From contig NZ_CP008796.1 of the NCBI RefSeq assembly GCF_000734015.1, positions 1,260,001-1,292,000 of the forward strand: a stretch of 32,000 nt of DNA. The letters run 5' to 3'. A program made the translations under genes and the position numbers. Below the pieces are notes generated by a model. It ran no database searches. It saw nothing but the letters and a program-made list of their open reading frames with translations, and was not told the origin of the DNA. Shown piece by piece: positions 24,769 through 32,000 of this stretch; the first letter of the stretch is position 1; the number at the start of each line of letters is the position of its first letter. This stretch comes from Thermodesulfobacterium commune DSM 2178 (GTDB lineage: Bacteria > Desulfobacterota > Thermodesulfobacteria > Thermodesulfobacteriales > Thermodesulfobacteriaceae).

Positions 24769-25459
24769 GACCTGGGATCTGAGTGCCTCGAAAATTCAAA
24801 ATACTTCTTATCCGATAGCAGGTCTTATTAACATCTGATAGTTTTTCAAAAAACTCTTCTTTTCTCACATAAAAACTCTCAACCTTAGGGCCAGAAATTT
24901 TTTCAATCTCATAAGAGATTGGGTAATCGATAGAAAGGCCTTCTATGTCTTTTTCTGGCTTTTTCCAGGTTAAAAGCACCGCCTTTTCTGGTAGAACCTG
25001 AAAAGAGATGTTCTCAGGGAAAAGAGGAGGATTATGCCAGTATAAATATTCAGGAAACTCAAACCAATCGGTCTTAACTAAAAAATCTTTCTTTATTTTA
25101 ATCCTGTATTTATATCTATGACGATGTTTAACTTGATAGTCGTGATACACGTATAAATTTCCTGCAGAATGAAGTTTAGGGGAAAGTTTGATTTCATAAA
25201 TTTTAGGTTTAGCCTTAGGAGAATCTAAAGATATCTCTTCTTTTTCTATGATAAGAGAACTAATTTTTATTAAAGGATAGCCTCCCTTAGTCTCTGTAGG
25301 AAGATAAACTATCAGGTCAAAACCTGCCTCTGTAGGTTTTACCTCAAAAGAAAACTCTTTAGGAATACTTTTAGAGGGAGGTAAAGGTGGGTTTTTCTTT
25401 CCGCAGCCACCTAAAAAAAATACCAAAAAGATAAAAACCATCCAGAAATACTTTTTCAT
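24740..25459 (-). CDS. Predicted lipoprotein of unknown function
   Basis: ATG at 25459 with AAGGAG upstream. The signal peptide with lipobox is MKKYFWMVFIFLVFFLGG|CGKKNPPLPP, and the C-terminal half looks beta-rich and Ig/FN3-like. The track's upstream start (25510) would overlap the preceding gene, so I reject it. The 3' end overlaps convergent rsmD by 29 bp. Confidence 0.6.
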   Translation of the reverse strand: MKKYFWMVFIFLVFFLGGCGKKNPPLPPSKSIPKEFSFEVKPTEAGFDLIVYLPTETKGGYPLIKISSLIIEKEEISLDSPKAKPKIYEIKLSPKLHSAGNLYVYHDYQVKHRHRYKYRIKIKKDFLVKTDWFEFPEYLYWHNPPLFPENISFQVLPEKAVLLTWKKPEKDIEGLSIDYPISYEIEKISGPKVESFYVRKEEFFEKLSDVNKTCYRIRSILNFRGTQIPGPKSPPLCLE

Positions 25460-25470
25460 GTTTGCTCCTT

Positions 25471-26310
25471 TTATAAAAACTTTATTTTTGCTATCCGATA
25501 GGCATGACATTGAAAGTTTACGGCTACCGGAAGGCTGGCAATATGAGAAGGATAAGTCTCTATATGAACGGCTAAGGCGGTAGTTTTACCTTTTAAACCC
25601 AATGGGCCAATCATAAGAGAATTTATCTCAGATAAGAGCTCCTTTTCAAGTTTAGCTATCTCCTCCTCTGGATGAAAAGTCCCAAAGGGTCTAAAAAGTG
25701 CCTTTTTGGCTAGAAAGGCTGCTTTTTCAAAGGTACCTCCTATCCCCACCCCTACGGTTACAGGAGGACAAGGATTAGGACCAGCTTTTTTAACAGTTTC
25801 CACCACGAATCTTTTAATCCCCTCTACCCCTGCTGAAGGAGGTAACATGGCAAGGGCACTCATGTTTTCGCTACCACATCCCTTAGGAAGGATGTGTATT
25901 TCCAAAACCTTACCTGGGACTAATTCATAATGGATTACCGCCGGGGTATTGGTTCCGGTGTTTTTTCTGGTAAGCACTTCACATACCGAAGCCCTAAGTA
26001 ATCCTTCTTTGTATGCTAAAAAGAGACCTTCGTTGATAGCCTTTTCTAAATTTTTTATACACACCTCCTCTCCGATTTTAACCCAAACAACCGGAATACC
26101 TGTGTCTTGACAGATAGGAAGATCTTCTTTTTTAGCGATTTCTGCGTTTTCTATCAACACCTCTAACCCCGCTTTAGCCAAAGGTTCGGTCTCTTCGTCT
26201 AAAGCCTTGGTTAAGGCCTCTAAAACCTCTGAAGGAAGGCTTTTGCAAGCTCTTATGTAGGCCTCTTTTACTTTATTGACTATCTCTTGGTAGCTAATCT
26301 CTTCACTCAT
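25471..26310 (-). CDS. Fe-S type hydro-lyase alpha subunit (class I fumarate hydratase / tartrate dehydratase, N-terminal-domain protein)
   Basis: 279 aa with LPICQDTGIPVVWVKIG, PKGCGSENMS and VGVGIGGTFEKAAFLAKKAL, typical of the two-subunit archaeal/thermophile FumA/TtdA type. Confidence 0.85.
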   Translation of the reverse strand: MSEEISYQEIVNKVKEAYIRACKSLPSEVLEALTKALDEETEPLAKAGLEVLIENAEIAKKEDLPICQDTGIPVVWVKIGEEVCIKNLEKAINEGLFLAYKEGLLRASVCEVLTRKNTGTNTPAVIHYELVPGKVLEIHILPKGCGSENMSALAMLPPSAGVEGIKRFVVETVKKAGPNPCPPVTVGVGIGGTFEKAAFLAKKALFRPFGTFHPEEEIAKLEKELLSEINSLMIGPLGLKGKTTALAVHIETYPSHIASLPVAVNFQCHAYRIAKIKFL

Positions 26311-27250
26311 AAATCCACCTCTTAACCCTATCTAACACATAAAAACTTTCAGAAAGCCTTTCTCGTAAGGTTGGGCTTTTTTCAATCTCGGTTTTAATCT
26401 CAAACAAATGATAAGCTAATTCTTCGAAGGTTCCACAAAATATAAGAAAGTTGTGTCCACTTGCCAAACTTAAAACAATCCTTTCAGAAAGTTCCCATTT
26501 TCCTAAAGCCCCCATGTTTAAATCATCGGTGATGATACAGCCTTTAAACCCGAGATTATCTCTTAACAGCTTTATCACTTTTAAAGAAAAAGTAGCTGGT
26601 AAAACGTCTAAACTTTTTACTATTAGGTGAGTAGTCATAAAAAAAGGAACCCCCTTTTCAGCAAAAAACCGGAAAACTTCAAGGGAAGAAGAATTAATTT
26701 TCTCCTTTTCAGGAAGGTCTTTATGAGGGTCTATGGTAACCTCATCTAACCCTGGAAAATGTTTAACGCAGCAGAAACACCCCTGTTTTTTATGTTCTGA
26801 GATGAAAATCTCTCCTAAAAATTTAACCAGTTCAGGGTCGTTTCCCAAGGTACGAGACCTTAAAAACTCTGGAGCTTCCTCTCCTGCTAAATCTACTACA
26901 GGAGCAAGGTTAAGGTTAAGCCCTTTTTCAACCACTGTTTTCGCAAGACTTTGAGCCCATTTTTTTACCAAAGATAGATCTTTATTTTTTTGATAGTTTA
27001 GACTGATCTCCAGAGGAGAAGGGAATTCTCCTGGTATACGACAAACCCTCCCCCCTTCTTGGTCTATAGCTAAAAAGTTAAAACTATCTACTGAAGCTTT
27101 TAATCTATCTAAAAACTCTGGAAAATCTTCCTGAAAATGTTCTTTGAAAAAAATAAAATTAGTAAACTGGAGGTCTCGATAGAGTTCCTTTTCTTCGGCA
27201 GAAAGGCTACCTGGTTTTACTAAAAAAACCTGACCTATGGTTTTAAACAT
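26303..27250 (-). CDS. nagZ: Beta-N-acetylhexosaminidase (GH3, NagZ-like single-domain form)
   Basis: AIDQEGGRVCR, KHFPGLDEVTIDPHKDLP and IITDDLNMGAL (nucleophile Asp context). Confidence 0.8.
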   Translation of the reverse strand: MFKTIGQVFLVKPGSLSAEEKELYRDLQFTNFIFFKEHFQEDFPEFLDRLKASVDSFNFLAIDQEGGRVCRIPGEFPSPLEISLNYQKNKDLSLVKKWAQSLAKTVVEKGLNLNLAPVVDLAGEEAPEFLRSRTLGNDPELVKFLGEIFISEHKKQGCFCCVKHFPGLDEVTIDPHKDLPEKEKINSSSLEVFRFFAEKGVPFFMTTHLIVKSLDVLPATFSLKVIKLLRDNLGFKGCIITDDLNMGALGKWELSERIVLSLASGHNFLIFCGTFEELAYHLFEIKTEIEKSPTLRERLSESFYVLDRVKRWIYE

Positions 27251-27251
27251 G

Positions 27252-28379
27252 TTAATTTTTTAATCTAAAATAACCTTGAAAAATTTTTATAACCTTTTCT
27301 ATGTCTTCGAAGGTAGTATATCTACCTAAGGAGAACCGGATGGTGCCTTGAGCTATTTCTTCAGGCACTTTTAAAGCGATCAAAGTATTTGAACCTTTCC
27401 GGTCATGGCAAGCAGACCCGGTAGAAGCACACACCTCTGGGAGGTCTTCCAAGATTTTACTCCCTATTTTACCTACGAAAGAAACAGTTAAGGTATTGGG
27501 AAGAGTTTTCTCAGGAATCCCGTAGCGGTAAATTTTTGGATAAACCTCTTTAAGACCCTCATAAAGGGTTTCTCTTAAGTAGATAAGTCTTTCTGCCTCA
27601 AAACTTACGTCTTTTTTAGCTATCTCTGCTGCTTTAGCCAGGGCAGCTATCAGACCTACCGGTTCTGTCCCAGGCCTTATCCCTTTTTCTTGTCCTCCCC
27701 CTAAAAAGAGAGGGGATATAGAAAATCCTTTTTTTATAAACAAACCTCCTATCCCCTTAGGTGCATACATCTTGTGACCTGCAAAGGATAGAAGATCACA
27801 CCCTATTTTTTTTACATCTACCGGTATCTTACCTACAGCTTGACAGGCATCAGTATGAAATATTATTTCCCTTTCTTGACAAATCTTAGCAATTTCTTCA
27901 ACTGGTTGAATGGTACCTATCTCATTGTTGGCTAACATCACAGAAACTAAAAAGGTGTTTTTCTTGATTCTTTTTTGGACTTCTTCAGGGTCTACATAAC
28001 CTTGGGAATTCACAGGCAAAAAATCTACCTCAAATCCCATCTCTAACAGCTTCACCGCTGGGTTTAACACCGAAGGATGCTCAAAGGAACTCACCAAAAT
28101 ATGACCCTTCCCCTTTGCAAGAGCTACTCCTAACAAAGCCAGATGATTAGATTCTGTTCCTCCTGAGGTAAAAAATATTTCTTCGGAAGAAGCATTTAAG
28201 AGGCTTGCTACCTCTTCTCTAAACTTTTCAAGGGCTAACTTAGCCCTTTTACCTAATACATGAGCAGAATTTGGGTTAGCGAACTCTTCTGAAGAATATT
28301 TGTTGAACACATCTAAAACTTCTGGTAAAACAGGAGTAGTAGCGTTATAATCTAAATATATTATGTTTGAGTATTGCAT
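27252..28379 (-). CDS. Cysteine desulfurase, NifS/IscS class (PLP-dependent)
   Basis: IYLDYNATTP, FTSGGTESNHLA, SFAGHKMYAPKGIGGLF (PLP Lys) and STGSACHD (active-site Cys loop). Confidence 0.85.
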   Translation of the reverse strand: MQYSNIIYLDYNATTPVLPEVLDVFNKYSSEEFANPNSAHVLGKRAKLALEKFREEVASLLNASSEEIFFTSGGTESNHLALLGVALAKGKGHILVSSFEHPSVLNPAVKLLEMGFEVDFLPVNSQGYVDPEEVQKRIKKNTFLVSVMLANNEIGTIQPVEEIAKICQEREIIFHTDACQAVGKIPVDVKKIGCDLLSFAGHKMYAPKGIGGLFIKKGFSISPLFLGGGQEKGIRPGTEPVGLIAALAKAAEIAKKDVSFEAERLIYLRETLYEGLKEVYPKIYRYGIPEKTLPNTLTVSFVGKIGSKILEDLPEVCASTGSACHDRKGSNTLIALKVPEEIAQGTIRFSLGRYTTFEDIEKVIKIFQGYFRLKN

Positions 28380-28484
28380 AAATTTTAGTTTAAACTATTT
28401 TATAAAGATTACAACTGAAACAAATTTGCTATGTTCCTTATGTTTCAAATAAACAACATTAAAAACATTTTAAGAGGGTGAAAA

Positions 28485-31400
28485 ATGCTTTATTTTTTGG
28501 AAAATGGGTGCCCTAACTGTAAAGGGATAGTCTCAGATGAAAGACTTGGTAAAGGAATTCCTTGTGAAAACTGTCTTCCCGAAGGAAAAATACCTTCAAA
28601 TCCCTCGATCTTAAAGATTTGTGAAATTTTAGAGAAAGAAAAAACTTTAAAACAGTTAAAGATCTTTGGAGAAGTAGAAAAACAAGTTTCTAATTTTAGT
28701 AAGTTGTTTAAAGAAATCATCGGGGCTAAACCTTCTTCTTTACAGATAAACTGGGCTAAGAGGTTATTTTTAGGGGAATCTTTTGCTATCATCGCCCCTA
28801 CAGGAACTGGAAAATCAACCTTTGGTCTTATTAGTGCTCTTCTTACCCCCAAAAAAGCCCTTATTATCGTACCTACCAAAATGCTGGTCAATCAGGTAGA
28901 AACCAAGCTAAACGACTTTATAGATAGAACCTCCTCCCTCGCTTTAAAGAAAAAAAGAATTCTAGCCTATACCGGGCAAAAAAAAGAAAAAGAAATCTTA
29001 GAAAAACAGAATTTTGATGTGTTTATCTGTACTTCCGCCTTTATGCATAAAAACTTTGAAATCCTTAAATCTTTAGACTTTTCTCTTATCTTCGTCGATG
29101 ACGTAGATTCTTTTTTAAAAAGCAGTAAAAACGTAGACAACTTGTTTTTATTACTGGGGTTCTCTGAAGAAGAGATAAAGCTGGCTTTAAAGAGAGATAA
29201 AACCGAGGAAGACTATTCTGAGCTTTTAAAAATCAAAAAAAACCATCGAAGTACTCAAAAACAGCTCATCATCTCCTCTGCTACATTAAAACCAAGAACC
29301 AACCGAGTCCTTCTTTTTCAAAACTTGCTTGGGTTTGAAATAACACGTTTTGTCTCCACCCTAAGAAAGGTAATCGACACCTATCTTGACGTCGGAGAAC
29401 CAAGAGATATACAAAGACTTTCTGAAGAAGCGGTAAAATTGATAAAAGCCTTAGGTAAAGGAGGGCTTGTTTTTGTAGAAGAATCTTATGGAAGGACTTA
29501 CGTAGAGAAGTTTACAGAACAGCTCAGAGAAAACGGTGTAAAAGCGATTTCTTACTTGGAGGTCAGTGAAGAAGACCTTTTAAATAAGTTAAAACAAGGA
29601 GAGGTAGAGGTTGCAGTAGGGTTATGTCATCTTGGTAACCCCTTGGTCAGAGGATTGGATTTACCTGAGATTTTGAGATACGCCATTTTTTTAGGAGTAC
29701 CCAAGCATGTTTTCCCCCTTATGAAAAACGAGGTAAGCTTTTCCCTTTCTGTTGCTCCTCAATTTTTGTACAGTTTGCTTTTATCTCTTATGCCTCTTTT
29801 TAAAGACGACGAACGGATAACCGCCTTATCACATGTAAACTACCTTAGAAGATTTTTAACCTTAAGAGAAGAAGACCTCCCTAAGTATGAAGGGTTGTAT
29901 AAAAAGGTATTATCGATCAAGGAATTTATAGAAGAACGGCTTAAGAACCCTGAGTTCATAGAAAAACTTAAAACCAACGAAGAAGTTTTCTTAGAACGGG
30001 ACGAAAACGGAAATTACCATCTTATCGTGGGAAACGCTTCTTCTTACCTTCAGGCTTCAGGAAGGGTTTCAAGGCTCACTACTAAAGGACTTATGCCAGG
30101 ACTTTCGGTTATCTTGGTAGATAGTTTTAAAGCCTTAAACAGTCTTAAAAAAAGACTAAGGTTTTATTTAGGGGATGAAGTAGAGTTAACAGAGGTGAAT
30201 TTTGAAAAAATAATCGAGCTTGATACCCAAATAAAACAAGAAAGAGAAAAAATTTCAGCTGAAAAGATAGATTTTAAGAACTACCTTCTTATCGTAGAAT
30301 CCCCTCATAAAGCCAAAACCATAGCTAGCTTCTTTGGAAAACCCTCGGTTAGAAGGTACACCAACCTATGGGTTTATGAAATACCGATGGAAAATACCCT
30401 GCTTTCTGTCTGTGCTTCTTTAGGGCATCTTTATAACCTTTCCAGAAAAAAGGGGATATTTGGAGTTTTAAAGAATAACAGAACTTTTCATCCTGTTTTT
30501 AATACCATAAAAATAGACAGAGAAACAGGAGAACAATATGTGGATGAAGAAGAAATAAAGGATAAAGAAAACATCTTTGACAAAGCTGACATTGTAGACG
30601 GGCTTAGGATCCTTAGTTTTTGTTCAGACCAAACCTTTATTGCCTCAGATCCTGACTCAGAGGGAGAAAAGATTGCTTATGACATTTACATTAATCTGAA
30701 ACCCTTTCAAAAAAATATTAAAAGACTAGAGTTTCACGAAGTTACGGTAAGAGCCCTTAAAAAAGCCTTTGAAACCCCTCAAGAAATAAACCTTCCTCGG
30801 GTTAAAGCCCAGTTAGCCAGAAGGGTGGCAGATCGTTGGGTAGGGTTTTCTCTTTCTCAGGAATTATGGAAAGTTTTCCACAAAAACTATCTCTCAGCAG
30901 GTAGGGTGCAAACTCCGGTTTTAGGATGGGTAATAGAAAGAGAAAAACTAAGTAAGCAACACAAATATCGAATAAACTTTACGATAAATGAATATCCCCT
31001 TTTTATCGAGGTAGAAGAAAAAGAAATTGCAGAGAAATTAGAACAACACCTACCTCAGGCTAAAATTACCTTAGAAGGCCAAAAAGAAGATGAACTTTCT
31101 CCACCTCCTCCTTATACCACAGACACCATACTGGAAGAAGCCTATAATTTCTTCAGGTTTTCTACCTCCTATACCATGTCTCTTTTGCAAGAACTCTTTG
31201 AACTCGGTTTAATCACCTATCATCGAACAGATTCAACTCGAATTTCAGACGTAGGACGGTTTCAGGTAGCTAAACCTTATATCTCAGAACATTTTGGAGA
31301 AGAGTTATTCTATCCGAGAGAATGGTTTAGTGAAGGAGCCCATGAAGGTATAAGGCCTACCCGTCCCTGGGATGTAGAAGAACTAAAACTAAGGGTAGCC

Positions 31401-31985
31401 CACGGATTAATCTCTTTTAAAAATTATAAGGATAGTTTTAGATTGTATGACCTTATTTTTAGAAGATTTATAGCAAGTCAGATGAGAAAAACTAAAGTCT
31501 TAAAAAAGAACCTTAAGTTGGTCCTTCCCTTTTTCGCCTGGGAAGAAGAAGTGATAGTAGACATACTTTCAAACGGTTATGATTTAGTTTGGACCAAACC
31601 ACATCTTTTCCCCGTTTCTCCTTCTTTTACCATAAACAACATTAAGTTACAAAAAATACCTAAAGCTTTTCTTTTTAATCAGGGGACTCTGATCCAGGAA
31701 ATGAAAAAAAGAGGGTTAGGTAGACCATCTACTTATGCAGAAATTGTTTCTACCCTTTTAAATAAGTATTATGTTTATGAGCTGAAAAACGGAGGACTTG
31801 TTCCTACAGCCTTAGGAAAACAGGTATACGAATATCTAAGGTCAAGGTTTGAAACCTATGTATCTGAGGAGTTTACCAGAAAACTTGAAGCCTTTATGGA
31901 CGAGGTAGAAGAAGGTAAAAAAGATTGGGTAGAAATTTGTTATACCCTTTTGCCTCTTCTAAAAGAATTGAACATCATCTTGTAA
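28485..31985 (+). CDS. rgy: Reverse gyrase (helicase-like domain fused to type IA topoisomerase)
   Basis: 1,166 aa. N-terminal zinc finger CPNC...CENC. Helicase motifs APTGTGKST, FVDDVD, SSAT and QASGRVSRL. Toprim motifs LIVESPHKAKTIA and SDPDSEGEKIA. Topo IA catalytic Tyr context ITYHRTDSTRIS. Confidence 0.95.
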   Translation: MLYFLENGCPNCKGIVSDERLGKGIPCENCLPEGKIPSNPSILKICEILEKEKTLKQLKIFGEVEKQVSNFSKLFKEIIGAKPSSLQINWAKRLFLGESFAIIAPTGTGKSTFGLISALLTPKKALIIVPTKMLVNQVETKLNDFIDRTSSLALKKKRILAYTGQKKEKEILEKQNFDVFICTSAFMHKNFEILKSLDFSLIFVDDVDSFLKSSKNVDNLFLLLGFSEEEIKLALKRDKTEEDYSELLKIKKNHRSTQKQLIISSATLKPRTNRVLLFQNLLGFEITRFVSTLRKVIDTYLDVGEPRDIQRLSEEAVKLIKALGKGGLVFVEESYGRTYVEKFTEQLRENGVKAISYLEVSEEDLLNKLKQGEVEVAVGLCHLGNPLVRGLDLPEILRYAIFLGVPKHVFPLMKNEVSFSLSVAPQFLYSLLLSLMPLFKDDERITALSHVNYLRRFLTLREEDLPKYEGLYKKVLSIKEFIEERLKNPEFIEKLKTNEEVFLERDENGNYHLIVGNASSYLQASGRVSRLTTKGLMPGLSVILVDSFKALNSLKKRLRFYLGDEVELTEVNFEKIIELDTQIKQEREKISAEKIDFKNYLLIVESPHKAKTIASFFGKPSVRRYTNLWVYEIPMENTLLSVCASLGHLYNLSRKKGIFGVLKNNRTFHPVFNTIKIDRETGEQYVDEEEIKDKENIFDKADIVDGLRILSFCSDQTFIASDPDSEGEKIAYDIYINLKPFQKNIKRLEFHEVTVRALKKAFETPQEINLPRVKAQLARRVADRWVGFSLSQELWKVFHKNYLSAGRVQTPVLGWVIEREKLSKQHKYRINFTINEYPLFIEVEEKEIAEKLEQHLPQAKITLEGQKEDELSPPPPYTTDTILEEAYNFFRFSTSYTMSLLQELFELGLITYHRTDSTRISDVGRFQVAKPYISEHFGEELFYPREWFSEGAHEGIRPTRPWDVEELKLRVAHGLISFKNYKDSFRLYDLIFRRFIASQMRKTKVLKKNLKLVLPFFAWEEEVIVDILSNGYDLVWTKPHLFPVSPSFTINNIKLQKIPKAFLFNQGTLIQEMKKRGLGRPSTYAEIVSTLLNKYYVYELKNGGLVPTALGKQVYEYLRSRFETYVSEEFTRKLEAFMDEVEEGKKDWVEICYTLLPLLKELNIIL

Positions 31986-32000
31986 AATTTAAAAATGTTA

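Noticed and set aside
28416-28447. 7-bp inverted repeat TGAAACA...TGTTTCA (18-nt spacer) in the nifS-like/rgy divergent region
   Set aside because: The arms are short and AT-rich, so the match is readily expected by chance in this composition. No supporting second copy was seen.

Overview
AT-rich, densely coding bacterial chromosome segment, probably from a thermophile or hyperthermophile: it has a complete reverse gyrase, a GC-rich tRNA in an AT-rich background and Lys/Glu/Ile-rich proteins. I cannot name the organism without a database search. Gene order is: guaB (partial), an IHF-like::Ppx/GppA fusion, sppA, rpsA; two identical IS256-family copies inside and next to a Cache-HAMP-GGDEF gene; a VKOR-thioredoxin fusion, thiC, pyrR; a hotdog thioesterase and ychF; a four-gene alpha-glucan cluster (debranching enzyme, GT-B synthase, GH57, phosphorylase); a ytxG/ytxH-like pair; nadK; tRNA-Pro(GGG), speH, speE, rsmD; a lipoprotein, fumarate hydratase alpha subunit, nagZ, a NifS/IscS-type desulfurase; and reverse gyrase. 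I found no CRISPR array, defence island, toxin-antitoxin pair or prophage, and no convincing novel multi-gene system. The only clearly accessory DNA is the twin IS. The items most worth follow-up are: (1) a hand-verified ~20-bp GC-rich helix that pairs the whole speH Shine-Dalgarno with codons 15-22 of its own ORF, a candidate translational control element; (2) an in-frame fusion of a complete IHF/HU fold to a short Ppx/GppA phosphatase, in the genomic slot ihfB occupies downstream of rpsA in E. coli; (3) two independent same-orientation IS insertions 133 bp apart, with an outward -35 and an inward -10 at the IS tips; (4) a perfect 20-bp palindrome in the nadK/tRNA-Pro divergent region. All functional calls rest on motif recognition by eye, with no searches run.
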